This document shows, piece by piece, positions 46,727 to 59,180 of a DNA stretch of 64,000 bases. This DNA comes from Thelocarpon superellum (lineage: Eukaryota): positions 1-64,000 of the forward strand of contig JAPEUG010000047.1 of assembly GCA_026025795.1 (NCBI GenBank), given 5' to 3'. Every line of letters starts with the position of its first letter. The stretch's first letter is position 1. The notes under the pieces were generated by a model, which was not told where the DNA came from, ran no database searches, and worked only from the letters and a program-made list of their open reading frames with translations. A program made the position numbers and the translations under genes.

Positions 46727-47490
46727 CACTCACGACCGTAGCACCTCCAGGAGAAGTGCCCCAATCAGCCCCTAGCAATGCTGAGGACTCAAGACGAGCG
46801 ACGGTTGGCACGCCTTCAATGACCCGGAGCTTTTCCTTCGAGGTCGCTAAGACTCCGGCACTCGTACGGAGCAGCTGCCTGCGTACAGCCCTTCCACTCT
46901 GCTAACGGTTTCGGGCCTAGCGGCACCGCACATTCTGTCTTTCTCTCGTTCACCAGCGCCGATCTGGTCACTTATTCACCATGGCACCAGATCCTTATCA
47001 TCAATTGCTCACCATTCTTCCCCCATGGCGTATTGATCATTTAGCGGTGCCTAGAGCTATGAAGCAGTCTTTCGCTAGCGGTACCTTCGATCATCGAACA
47101 AGGTGTACGGTTAGATAGATACTGCTCACATTGCCCGACTCGGCCGAGGTCGGCTGTGATTGGGAGGAGTACGAGTGAGGTTTCAGACGGGGACGACACG
47201 AAGATGCGGTGTCTCTCATCGTGGCCTCTACATCGCGTCTGTCGTTCACGTTGCTGCATCTAATGAAGTCTTAATGTACAGAAACTGGTTGGTCCGGACG
47301 CTTTGATCTCAGCCCGCTCGTCGCTTGAATCTGACCCGAATCGCTTGTGGGGCGGCCTTGATACACTCCGACACCATCCATCTGCCTCCTATCATAAGCT
47401 CCTCCCAAGACCGAGGACTATACAACATCCCGTAGTCGCCATGCGGAATAGACGAAATGCAGCGCTGCAGCTGGAGACGAAATGGTGACG

Positions 47491-49492
47491 CTAATCGCTA
47501 GATCGTGACGTCTGCAAAGCGCGGACGGACCGCTCAACTTCCTCCTTGGCCATCTTCTGCCATCGTTCCTTGTCGGTCTCGCTGCTGCGAATTTCCACGC
47601 CAATTTCAGCATAAAGCATGCGTGACACACTGCAGTTGATGGCAGTATAGTCGACCTTCCCAATCTTGCCCAGACGATACAGCGGATTCAAGGCCGACGT
47701 GACCATGGATTGGATCTCCAGCTTGGACTCGTACGTCAACTCGGAACCATTCGGCGGGGCCGGGATGGACGGTGATGCTCCTCGTGCAGTCGGGACATCG
47801 TCAGGGCTGGCGTCATCTGTCGCTGGACCGGCGTCACCTGCATGTGAGGCTTTCCGTCGCTGATGCGAAGAGGCCGACCGCTGGGCCCGCGAAGCGCCCC
47901 GCTGGGACGATCGATGTCCGGCAGGTCGGTCGGCGCGCGACTCGCGCTCGTGGGGCGGGGAGTACTCCACGGGCCCGTAGTCAGGCTCGACGCGGGATGT
48001 ATACTGGAAGGGGGAGCCCGGTCGGGTGGTGGACTGTGGCGAGGAAATGGAGAGCGCGCGAGGACTGGAAGGATCTGACGTCGTGGGCGAGAGTCCGGGC
48101 GACCGAGAGGGGTCAAAGGGCGTCTTGAAGTGTTTCGGCGTGAAGAGGGATGGGCCGCCGCGATCGCGGGCGCTCTCCGACGCTTGCGACGCTTCGACTT
48201 CACGAAGGAGCGACTGCAGGAAGCTGGGGCTCGCGGCCGAGCTCTCGCCCGTGGCGCGGTTGACATGGATGTTGTTCGTCTGTTTGCGCGCCGTCGGGGT
48301 GGACGACTCCCCCACAGCGTCATGCGAAGACTTGGCTGGATCGAGGTTACGTCGAGTGTTGGGCCGCTTCAGCTTGCGCTCCGGCTCTGGCACGGGCGAC
48401 GGGTCGACCGGGGAACTGGTCTTGGATTTCCGCTTCCGCTTTCGTGATCCCGGCTCCTCCATCTCCTTGGCTTTTTCCATCGCTCGCCATGCCCGCTCTT
48501 CGTCCGCCGCCTCGGCCGATGACGACGACTGCGCAAGGCCGGCTGAGGTGTGTGCTTCTAGCAAGGCGGAGCGCGTGCTGCGGAACATGTTGGCTTGTCC
48601 TCCCTGTCGTTGAGCGACCTCGTAGCGGCGTTGCCAAGCTTGAAACTCTCGTCGTTGGTTGGCTCGTGTCTGCTCCGAACGGCGATACTGGGCGAGCGAT
48701 CGATTATCGTCAAAGGGCATGTCGAGGTCCAGGTTGAGGTTGTCCCAGACAGACTGCCATACGCGCGCCCAGGGTTGGTCAGTGGCTTGGTGGTGTGATC
48801 GTAACCGGCGCTGCTGACCACGCGTCCGTCGGTCAGAAGTGTGATGGGCGGTACGCGCATGTCCGGTAGGGCGATTGTAGGGGTCAAGCGCGCGTTGCAC
48901 CGCGCAGTTCTCACAGAACCACGGGCCAACAGGCACGGCGTCCAAGCCCACGCAGTACGTATGTGAGGCTACATCACAGCCATCGCACAGTAGCAAGACC
49001 TCCTCGTTGTCGTCACCTTTGCAGAATGGGCACGGCGCCACGTCGATCTCCTCTTCAAAGATCTCGTCAACGAGCACGGATGGGTCGATGTCGGCGACTT
49101 GTGTGCGATCCGCGACTTCATAGGAAGACACCGTCATACCTATCACGCATCAGTTTTGTCAATAATCATCGACCGGTTGCGCGGCTGCAGAAGACTTGGG
49201 CCCTACCTCCAGCTTTGGTGCTCAGATCGACGGAGTTGAATCGTTGCCGGCAAATGGGACAGCTATTCGCTCGCTCCACCCATGGCTTCAGACACTCATC
49301 GTGTAGGTTGTGACCACAGGGGCGCAAGTGCGCGATCATGAAGACTTCGTCTCGAGTGGATTCGACTGACGCGGCCCGCTTGAACTTCGGATGGCCGTCA
49401 TGGAGGGGGCTGGCGGCCCTCGGCAGTAACGAGGTCGGCTCCACTTGGGCATCGAGCTCGCCGAGGCAGACGATACACGTCGCCGCCGACAT
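47491..49492 (-). CDS. RING + PHD finger protein with SRI-like C-terminus (PHRF1/Asr1-like); intron 49206-49140
   Basis: RING-H2 CIVC...CGHNLHDEC..W....NSCPICR; PHD CPFC...LLCDGCD...HTYC...WFCENC; C-terminal helix 'EIQSMVTSALNPLY...YTAINCSVSR'. Confidence 0.85.
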
Positions 49493-49762
49493 GGTAGGCA
49501 CTTGATAGAGAAGTCGTGGTGAGATACGCGGGCACGGTAGATGAAGTCATATGGATTGTGGGGGGGCGAGGGTGGAGGAAAGGCAAATTCGAGATTGAAT
49601 GAAGAACAGCGACTTAGGATTCGTGGGGTGAACCGACGTTTATAGGTCCGGTAATGACGCGCTAAACTCGACTGGGATGCCCTGAGTCAGTGACTTTTGG
49701 AATCAAGACTGGCGAGGTTGTAACAAGGACGCACCGACCAGTCGTTTAGCCCCCAGCCGCGA

Positions 49763-49792
49763 GTTGCAAGTTGCCAGTTGCCAGTTGCCAGT
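49763..49792. repeat. (GTTGCCA)n 7-bp tandem repeat, about 4 copies
   Basis: gttgcaa-gttgcca-gttgcca-gttgcca-gt. Confidence 0.7.
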
Positions 49793-50459
49793 CGCGTGTA
49801 GCGAGGGCGGAGCGCTGATTGCTGAGTGGTGGTCGCCGCGCTATCTCCAGTCCGCCGTGATTCGTCCTCGAGAACACTTTAGCCATCTTATCCAGCACCT
49901 GACCGCAGCTGCCCTGCGCAGGCACACCACCTCCCACCGCCTGCAAAGTTAGTGCCTGCGCCGTCTGCACATGGCCCCTTGTGCCGCGTCCCATGTGTCC
50001 CATGTTTCGCATCATCAACACATGACGAGAGACGATTCGCGGCCTACCTACCTTGGACCAACATCGTGGACCAAGTTGCCGATCGCGCTGCAGCAACGCC
50101 GTAGTCTCACGATGTAATCATCCGGGAAAGAGTGCAGCTCAGCACCTCAACCGCTGCTCAGCGGCTCGGCGGCTCGGCGTCCAGGGTCATCCCTCGCTTT
50201 CCGCTGACGTGGGACCATGGAAAAGTACCTGCATGTAGCGGGACTGGCGCACTCCATACGGCTTGTAGTATCACAGATCATCATATTTAGACTATCGACC
50301 CCGACCGTAACTCGGGGAGGAACGGGATGGGGAGTTTGGGATCTTGAAATTCGTAGTGTTGCTTGCTACCGAACTGTAGGTCGTCTCCATCTCAGGCGAA
50401 AATGGCAGCAGAGCATCCTACTCTGTGACTCGTTGACCCGTCATTGCATCCCTTGCCAT

Positions 50460-50961
50460 TCAGACCTCCGCGATCTCTCTTAACCGTCGAATCGTTGATC
50501 GTGTGGCAGCCGCAGCCGGCGTTCTGGGATCAGGTCAGTCCTCCCATGCCGCCCGATCGAGACGCCACGCGAGACGCCCGGGGTCCAGTGATATCAAGAA
50601 CTTACGATACAACCCACGCGCCACCAGCAACCGTCTTCTTGCACCCTTTGCACGTCCAGATGCCCACCGAGTGTCGTTTGACCGTATTCTTGCCGCAAAA
50701 AGTACACGTATATCGAGCATGCTGGGTAATCTCCATCTTCTTCACCTGCTTGCGGAGCGAAGCGCCATATCTGGCATCAGGGCGATAGATCAGCGCGGTT
50801 CGTGACCAACGCGCCTTTCGTCGGGGTTGTCATGAATTCAGCCGGTGAGAGATGATCATACCTAGTACCGTATTTGCCGGTGACGCCGACCTCTGGGAAC
50901 TGTTAATATGCTTGCTCGTAAGTTGGACTTCGAATGGCTTACTCTTCGTCCGCTTCGTCAT
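50460..50961 (-). CDS. RPL43: 60S ribosomal protein eL43 (L37a); introns 50942-50893, 50861-50771, 50605-50524
   Basis: Spliced product [44 protein letters not shown]...WTCKGC...[21 protein letters not shown]. Confidence 0.97.
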
Positions 50962-51503
50962 CTTGAAGAGGTGTGAGATTCGATGATGTGACTTTAAGAC
51001 GGAAAGTGGCTGTGGCACCTCTGATCCATAAGTGCGACTTCTTCGCTTGCCGTGGGTTTCGGCCCTAAGTGCGCTCGCTTCTACGGGGGACCGTTGCGAA
51101 CATCCTTGCAGGGTCTCGAGGCGTTAGGTAAGCAATCTCTCGAGTGCCTCGGGGCCCTTCGGGCGGGCGCAAGTTCCTCCGTAGTTAACCTCGGCATCTC
51201 TGTAGACGGAACGCCGCTTCTGCGTCCAGCTCTCCCAGTGCTCCCAGAGAAGCTAGGCGACCGACGATGACGAAGTCCAACAAATGAAAAGTCCAGGTAG
51301 AACCTCTTGCCTCCGTTACTCATCCGTGTACTCTACATGTTCCTCATATGGCCGCTCAATTGCAATTGTATTCAGCTACTTGACCTTCACTTTACTCGAT
51401 CTCGAAGCTCTTCGACTTGCCTTCCCGCCCCTTGGTCCTGCTGCCCCGGGCATTTGGACCAGAGCCATCTTCTCTCTTCAGCTTCTAGGTCTCAACCAGC
51501 AAC

Positions 51504-53128
51504 ATGGTTTCGCTGAATCGTGAATATGAGCTGGTTCTATTTGGAGCGACAGGATTCACGGGCCGCGTGACCGCGGAGCACATTGCCACCTATCTTCCGT
51601 CGGATCTTGTATGGGCATTGGCTGGACGTTCAGCTAACAAGTTGAATCAACTCAACGAGAAAGTCCGGCTACTCAATCCTGACCGGCTGTCCCCGGGTAC
51701 GTACCCGCTGCGTCTCTCACACTGTGCTGGTCATCGTGGGCGTCGTTCAAGCGCTGACCTCTTCACATTGGTTCATCTGTAGGCATCGAGATAGCCGAGC
51801 TCAATAAAGAGGATCTTGATGCCTTGGCAAAGAAGACGAAACTCGTAATTGCTGCTGTGGGCCCTTATTCCTTGTATGGAACAGATCTGGTCGAAGCCTG
51901 CGCTAGAAACGGGACGCATTACTTGGACGTGTACGTGCCCCCGCTCCCGTTCAATGTAGATCTCTAACCTGTGATGATCAGCACTGGCGAGACTCCCTGG
52001 GTATATCAGATCATTCAAGATTACCATGAGCAGGCCAAGGCAACTGGTGCTATTGTGAGTATCTGAATCTGTCCCGGGCGCAAGGCGGGACGCTAATAAA
52101 AGTCTGCAGATGATCCCTCAAATCGGCATCGAAAGCGCTCCGGCCGATCTCATGACGTGGACGCTGGTCACTGCGCTCCGAGAGAAATACTCCATCACGA
52201 CGGAGGAAGTGATCTTTACCATACACCGGATCAGGTATGGCCCAGTGATCTTCCTTTAGGCCCTCCTTCTCTGACGGAAACGCAGGGGAGAATTCAGCGG
52301 CGGCACGGCAGCCACGGTTCTGTCGATTCTGGATGTCTATAGTGCTAAGCAGTTGGCGCGGTCCTTTGCACCGTGGGCCTTCTCACCTGTCCCCGGAGTT
52401 GCCTACAAGGATCCGGGCGCGATCGTTGGGGTGCGCCACGTGCCAGAGCTAGGCACGCTGACCACATCTCCTAACGGACGTACCGACCGAACGATCGTCG
52501 AGCGAAGCTGGGGCTTGATGGGACAAGGTAGCGTGTACGGGCCGAGGTTTCATTACCATGGATACATTACCGTTCGGAACACGCTTTTTGCCGTGGCCTG
52601 GCATATTCTCTTCACCACCTTCGCCGCCTTGCTCTTCCTTTCCCCCGTGAGGTAAGACTCTCAGGCAACCCGGAAGCTCAATGTTCTGTTCTAACATGAA
52701 CAGATGGTTGCTCAGGAAGCTGGTCTACCTGCCCGGCACGGGAGCATCACCTGAGTACGCAAACCCCCTCTCCTTAAGAAGATTCAAATGGGCCCGGACC
52801 AAGCTAAGAATGACCTTCCAGAGCCACGAAGAGGGAGAGCATTGAAGTACGAGCGCTGGCAATCAGCAGCCCCATTGAGAACGTCAGCACCGGCGCTGTC
52901 TCGCGGCATCGCGCTCTGGCGAAGATGCGGTACAAGGGCGGGATTTACTACCTGACGGGAGTATTCTTAGCGGAAGCCGCCTACGTGCTTCTGCGCGGCA
53001 GCGCAGATGACCAGGTTCTGGCGAAGAAGCTGGGCGGTGGCATCTTGACCCCTGCCACCCTCGGCCAGCCCTTTATCGATCGGCTCGTCAAGGCTGGGGT
53101 AGAGGTGGAGGTGGAGGTGTTGGACTAG
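51504..53128 (+). CDS. Saccharopine dehydrogenase-like oxidoreductase; introns 51697-51782, 51931-51981, 52055-52109, 52235-52285, 52652-52703, 52755-52821
   Basis: Rossmann motif LVLFGATGFTG, ALAGRS, VGPYSLYG, HYLDVTGE, GIESAPADL, SGGT and GGILTPA. Confidence 0.88.
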
Positions 53129-53286
53129 CGAATCCTCTTGGCCGTGCGCTCCATCTTTAATGAACGAGCGAGCAGTGAAGCCAGAGTCACAAGAGTAACA
53201 AGTGTCTAATGATCTAAGAACGAGTTGTAGATGAGACCCAGCTAGATAGTACCCAGAACTTCATAATCCCACACTCATCGTAATAA

Positions 53287-54731
53287 TCACAAAGTACTCT
53301 TCCCCCCTCCTTCCTCTGCAAAGCCAACCTGGGAAAGCCATTCGCCGACGAAGGCATTAACATGCTTAGCGGCCTGAACGAGCGCCCAGTGGCCAGCCTC
53401 GACCTGCTTCTTGGTCAGGTGCGGAATGAAATGGTCCATGCCCTGCGCCAAGGCCGGCGGCAGCGCTGCGTCGCGCGCTGCGGAGATGAAGAGGACTGGC
53501 TGCGAGATAGTTGAATTCGATAGCCTATAGGAGGTATGGTTGGCTCAGAGTGTCTTGATGGCTGCGAAAGGCCCGAGGGGGGAGGGGGGAGGGGGAAGGG
53601 GGGAGGAGGGTCGAGAAAAGGGGTTTGAGAAGAGAAAGGGCGGAGGGCTTACTCTAGCTCGTCTTCGTAGTTCTGCTGTCGTGTGCGGTACCAATTCACT
53701 GGTTGCCTTGTGCTCAGCGTCTGTAGGCCATGGGAGACGGTGACGGAGGCGCGGGAGACTTACGAGGGCCGTGCATTCCGTGCTTGGCGTACTCTTCGAC
53801 GTAGTGGTCAAGTTCCTGTCGAACTGTCAGGGGACAGACTTCTTTCCCATCACGGTGCTGTGAGATGCCTACCTGCTCACTTAGCAGCGGTGTCTTGCCC
53901 AGCTTAGGCAGCACATCGAGGGCGATTCCCTCGGCGGTGTTGAAGCCGACCTCGCCATTCGGGCCTCTGCCTCCAAACATGGCATTCAAAAATTGTTTGA
54001 TCTCCGTCTTGCTCTTGACATGGGCCTCAATCTCGGGACCGGCGAGATGGACTTGGTATCGCAGGCTGGGTAGTCGCTTGACGAGATCGTCTAGAGAAAC
54101 CCAGTCCTTGGTCGGCGGAAAGTAAGGCGTGCACACCGAAAAGATATGCGTGACCAGATCTGGGTGCCAGAGCGCCACGCGGAAAACGATACTGCCGCCC
54201 CAGTCGTGGCCGCCAAGGATGATCTTGGGTGCTTCTAGCTGCCGCGCGAGTTCCTTGATGTCGTCTGCCGCCCGTTTGTGCCCGTACAGGTAGAGTGATT
54301 CCGGCGGCACTTGGGGCGCATCCTAGACTCATCAGTCTCTGGCTCCCATCTGAATAGAAATCTCATGGCATACGGTGCCGCCATAGCCCATCACATCAGG
54401 TACCACGACCCGCAATTGCCTGTCCAGCAAAAAGGAGAGCTGGTTGCGCCATCCATATGAAAGATCGGGCCAGCCATGAATCTAACGCCTAGTCAACCAA
54501 GCCGTCTCCGAGAGAGTGTTGGAGACCTTGAGATGGGAATAGGTACCAGGAAGATAGTAGCTTGGTACTTCTGATCTTGGGGTACTCCGAGCAGATAATC
54601 TGTGGAAGGTCCGCCCGGGGTAAGCTATGAGGTACTCAAGCACGTCTCGAGGCTACGCCTGGGCAGTGCTCACGATATGTTCGTCCATGGACATGTGCGG
54701 TGTGGTGCGTCACCCTAGGATCGAGTGCCAT
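53287..54731 (-). CDS. Soluble epoxide hydrolase (alpha/beta hydrolase); introns 54673-54600, 54546-54482, 54373-54323, 53872-53816, 53763-53699, 53652-53525; alternative in-frame ATG at 54782
   Basis: Oxyanion motif HGWPD, GYGGT, nucleophile GGHDWGG, lid LNWYR and catalytic GHWAL. Confidence 0.88.
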
Positions 54732-54816
54732 TGCGGATGATCCGTTTCGAAGCTCGACTGATGCTAGGTGATGCGGGTACATCAACAATGTTTCTGGTCT
54801 GTTGTGTGGCCCCCGC

Positions 54817-54822
54817 TATATA
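54817..54822 (-). promoter_or_regulatory. TATA-like element of the epoxide hydrolase gene
   Basis: TATATA about 35 bp upstream of the first in-frame ATG (54782) and about 86 bp upstream of the second (54731). Confidence 0.4.
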
Positions 54823-55563
54823 CTTTTACAAGGTGGGGGGCCTCGGTAAATCGCTGGAAGCCCCGCAAGTTGGCGCTGACCCTAGAAGGGATGACCTGCG
54901 CGTAGTTTAGCTACCGTGTCAAGTGTGCACAAAGTACCTCGTACCTTCGTACTTCGTACTGACGCACCCCGGTAAATTGACTGGACATGGGTGGTTTATT
55001 CTACGGAAGCTATCCGTCGTTCTAACATACAGCTATTGTGGGTCACGTGCGGCGGCTCACTCAGAAGCCTCGAGCTCCCGTATGGAGCCTCCACAGTACA
55101 ACGCTTTCATCCTTTGGCTTTCCAAAGCCAACAACTTATTGCTCATCTTGCTCCTGGAGGATTTTCTCTTGTCCGAGAGGCACGACCAGTTTATGCTGCG
55201 TCGTGGTACGTTTTCGAGTGGATGCTACTTAGCGAGATAGGGGCAAGGTAGCTAGTGTGAGGCCCGGGCCACCGTGCTGCGCTGTGGAAATGTGAACAGT
55301 TAGAGGGTCGTCAGGCAATCAGCCGTGTAACCTCGCGTACGGTTATACGCGATGTTGCTCGCCCTGATCCCACCCTCATCCTCAGTCTCATGTAACAAGT
55401 ATTGAATTCCCCCGCCAAATACACCTACCGACTACTGATAATAGTAGCAGGCGTAGTAAAAGGTCTATACCTTGTCTTTGCCAAATGTTCGTAAGAGGTG
55501 ACGCTCACGGCACACTACACGTCTCCGCCGAGGTATCCATGAACCCTGTAAGTCGAGGCACTT

Positions 55564-56635
55564 TCAGTAGATCACAGTATCCTCCTCGGCTTCGAGCACG
55601 ATCTCTCCGCCATCCACGTCGTCGGGATGCTCCTTGATGGGCTCCGAGGTGATCTCCGTCGCCTTGTTAAAACGCGGCGGTTTTGAGGCATCGTCAGTGG
55701 GCTCGGACATGGGATGCTGCGGTGGATTGGTCTCCGAACCCACCATGTGCTTGTCTGGTGGCTCTGCCGACTTCTTCGAACTGACCCCGTTGGAGCCGTT
55801 AGCACCAGTTGCTCGAGGAACATCACCGTTGGCTTCCGTCGTGTCTTTACGTCTCCGAGTCTCGAAATCGTGGCATTCTCGCTCAATTGTCGCCTCTGCA
55901 TCCGCAATCTGCGACTTGATCCGTGCTTCATCGCTTCGGAGAAGGTCCCAAGGCTTGTAGTACTGCACGAACCGATCAGCATCTACGTCGCCACTCCAGA
56001 GGATGGTCTCCTACCAGTCGGGGCTCTGTGGTTGTCTGGAGAAAGTGTGCCATTGCTAGGGTATTGGCATGGCCGATTCGCATCTGTGCTTTCCATGAGA
56101 AGGTGCCGCGTGGGTTATGCTCGAGATCAGTGGACCAACCGATTGCTCGTCCCATTTCTTCTGTTCCTGCCGTCGCACGGCGATGAGCTGATCGAGCTCG
56201 GCCCGTTTCTTTTCGTCGTACTCTTCCGCTTGTAACTTCAGCTTAGCTTGTTGCTTCTTTTCAATGTCCACGCGTCGCCGCTGTGCTGTCGAGGAGGAGC
56301 TTTGGGAGAGGGTGCCGAGCAAGGCTCCAAAAAGTCGCCGTCCCCGCTTGCGTTCCGTGGCATCGGAGAGACCCGATGATCGACGGTTGCCCCCCGATGT
56401 GGGAGTCTCGCCGTCATCGCGCGCAACGGGCAAGCTGCTAGTATCAAGACGAGGTCGTTTGTTGCTGCTATCCGATGAACCAAATGACTGTTGGCGTTTC
56501 GAGGAATCAGGTGGACTCGGGGCTGTTGTCGGCGCCTCGGGAAGAAGCACGGCGGACGCCAGTGGCCTAATCCACGTCAATTGTAGGCTTCTTTGAGTCT
56601 CTGAATACCACGACTTACGCGGGATCCGCGGCCAT
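55564..56635 (-). CDS. Pinin/SDK/memA-domain splicing-associated protein; introns 56618-56567, 56139-56084, 56014-55963
   Basis: ERKRGRRLFGALLGTLSQ, coiled coil, AHFLQTTTEPRLYYKPW; C-terminus EAEEDTVIY. Confidence 0.85.
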
Positions 56636-57030
56636 TTTCTCCTTTCGACTTGTCGGCTGTCTCCACCTTCGAGACTTGGCCTGTCGAGTATCTCGTCATT
56701 GCAAATATCTCGTCGCACGCAGCTGTCCGGAGAGCTAGTCCATTATAGGATTAGCCCATCCACTCGCAGGGATGTCCAGCGACTGGAGCTCTCTTCCATG
56801 GAAGATTGCCGAAGGACGCTGACCAACGAAAGACGCTGACTTAAGCACAACCCTACGATCGAATATGACTTTGCCCTCAGGGTCAGGGCCGAAGTGGTAT
56901 TTTCATCTCACACTCTCCCTGAACAGAGTCAACATTTTCAAGGGGCTTTCCCAGGATCCACTTTGTATCAGACAGACAGCCCTCCGTTTCGGACATTGCT
57001 GGAGGCGAACAGCATACTTGGTCTGCCACT
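56636..57030. promoter_or_regulatory. Probable bidirectional promoter, pinin / RDS3
   Basis: 395 bp between divergent ATGs; contains the perfect palindrome TCTTCCATGGAAGA at 56792-56805. Confidence 0.5.
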
Positions 57031-57473
57031 ATGTCTCGCCACCATCCGTAAGTCTTCCCTCCCATCATTTTCTAGGCAGAGCTGACAGTGGCATTTAGGG
57101 ATCTGGTCATGTGCCGCAAGCAGTCTGGAATTGCCATCGGTCGCCTCTGTGATAAGTGTGATGGCAAATGCCCAGTCTGCGACAGCTATGTGCGGCCAAC
57201 GACGTTGGTGAGGATCTGCGATGAATGTTCCTTTGGAAATTATCAGAACAAGTGCGTGGTGTGCGGTGGCGAGGTGAGGCAGGCGCAATCCTATCCAATC
57301 TCTCAGATCTGTTACTGACTGGAATGCTTCACGGGTAGGGAATCTCTGATGCCTTCTACTGCTTCGAGTGCACGCGGTTAGAAAAGGATCGAGACGGTTG
57401 TCCGAAGATTATCAACCTGGGCAGCTCGCGGACGGACTTATTTTTCCAGCGCAAGAGCTTCAGAAATCATTGA
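57031..57473 (+). CDS. RDS3: SF3b splicing factor Rds3/Ini1 (PHF5A); introns 57048-57098, 57274-57338
   Basis: [39 protein letters not shown]...DAFYCFEC...[13 protein letters not shown]. Confidence 0.97.
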
Positions 57474-57716
57474 GGGTCGAAGAGATGCACTGCAGCAGAC
57501 TCTACGAAGCCCTGGTCCATCGCGATATCATGAGACACAATATCTGCCTTGGCGGCCTTGATGGACATGAGTAAGGATGCTCCCACGAGGATTCTGAGAC
57601 GGTGTATGCTAGAACAAGTGATAACAATGCCCTGACAGGATCGAGCGCCGATTTCATACCATGCGATACCATATCTACCCATCCCCACCATGACAATGCC
57701 AGCGCCCGAAGCCCGC

Positions 57717-59180
57717 CTAAATGTAACTGACCTTGACGCCCATGCCAATGGTTCCCTTGAGCCGGTTCCATCCCGTGCCAGTGATTCTCCGGATCCGCTC
57801 GCGGATCTCTTGCCGGCTACATGCGACCAAAACGCTGATGACGAAGAGGATCGTGCGGAGGATCGTCATGGGGTTGGCGCTCAGCGAGCGAGCCATGGAA
57901 AGGGCGGATTGCTGAAATGCCGCCAAGATGGCTGTTATCTGGTGATATGGATTCGGAGATTTCTTGGCCGCGCCAGAAGATGTGGGCGAAGAGCCAGGCC
58001 CGGTCTGGGGCAGTCGCGACGCTTTAGACCGCCGTGGGTTGGTTGTGGCCTTGGAGCTTGTGGGCGCGCTGGGATGAGCCTCGATGCCGTAGTCCGTCTC
58101 GCTGCCTGCCCTTTGGTGCAGGCTCGTCGACTCTCTCGCAGAGGACACGTTGGCTTTGGCGGCATGGATTTTGGCTGCTTGTGCCAGGGCCTCCTGCTTT
58201 TCCCGTAGCAGCTGCTCCTCCTGCTGCCGCCGTGTCTCTGCCTCGGCCCGTGCCGAGCCGTTCCTCTCCTCTCGGAGCGATTCCAGTGTATGCAGGAAGG
58301 CTTCTCTGTTTTCCTCATCCAGCACCTCGCTGATGCCAATGAATTCTTTTGCGTAGTCCCACTCCTCGTTGCGCGGTAATACGTGCAGCGTGTAGAGCTC
58401 CAGGATCTTGATCCGAGCCGTCAGGTCGCGTGGAGTGTTTGTGCCACCATTCGGCGGACTAGATCGGCGTTGGTCCTCCTGACTATGGTGTGACCCTCCA
58501 TTCGCCTCAACGTGTCCAGAGACGTCGAGAGTGGGCGTCGCAAGAGCGGACAGGTGGTTCTCTAATCGTTCTTGGTTCAAAGTCTGCGATGGGGCGTGGG
58601 AGAGAAGAAGCGTTGCTCTAAAAGTAAAGACGCGACGTCAGCAAGGCGATGAAGATAGTGGTCGCAGCTGGGGCTGGAGCACTCACAGATTGATGACAAC
58701 CTCCGCGTCAACCATTCCTTCGGCGCCCTGGTACCCATCGCGCACCACCTCTTTCCATACGCCGCCGTCGCGCACCTTCGCTGCCATCTCTCGCCACTCT
58801 CGCGAACCAAAGGCTGCTTTCCCATCTTCCGGTCCAAGATTGACGATGGCATCTAGCAGCGTGAGGTACAAGCTCCAGACCTTGATCCTGTAGGATCGTG
58901 GTGCGGACGCGACCGGAGCTAGGTTGTTGGCATCATAAACATGGTCATCGCCTTCTTTGGAGGCATCGGAAGTAAGGATCGGAATCAGAGTCAAATACGC
59001 TTCCTGCAAACGCCGGGTGAGGAACAGGGTCGAGGCCTGCTTATACGTCTTGGAAATCAAGGATGAGCCTTGTCGCGTTGACGATGAGATGGAGGAGATG
59101 GAGGACGAAAGCAGCCGGGAGGAGGTTGGTGATTCGAGATGAGTCTCATTGACCGCTGGATGAGCCGCGCCATTGGCCAT
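57717..59180 (-). CDS. PEX26: Peroxin Pex26, tail-anchored; intron 58686-58618
   Basis: KTYKQASTLFLTRRL, RIKVWSLY, ILELYTLHVLPRNEEWDYA, C-terminal transmembrane segment and tail MGVKVSYI. Confidence 0.85.

Noticed and set aside
46734..46830. GTGAGT donor at 46733 suggesting an extra upstream coding exon for MRPL17
   Set aside because: No ATG upstream in a compatible frame; ATG 46726 with donor 46683 gives a complete model.
49134..49141. AG|GTATGA at the RING-PHD acceptor looks like a recursive or twin-intron splice site
   Set aside because: The downstream bases encode a sensible in-frame linker (MTVSSYEVADRTQVADIDP) to the PHD finger, and no second acceptor is needed.
50771..50861. Longer (91-nt) RPL43 intron 2 as a possible snoRNA host
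   Set aside because: No convincing box C (RTGATGA) with terminal stem, and no H/ACA layout.
54923..55251. Short overlapping ORFs in the hydrolase/pinin intergenic region
   Set aside because: No codon bias or family motif; likely non-coding.
55324..55349. 9-bp hairpin CGTGTAACC/GGTTATACG between the hydrolase and pinin genes
   Set aside because: A single short imperfect stem with no tRNA or snRNA features; expected by chance.
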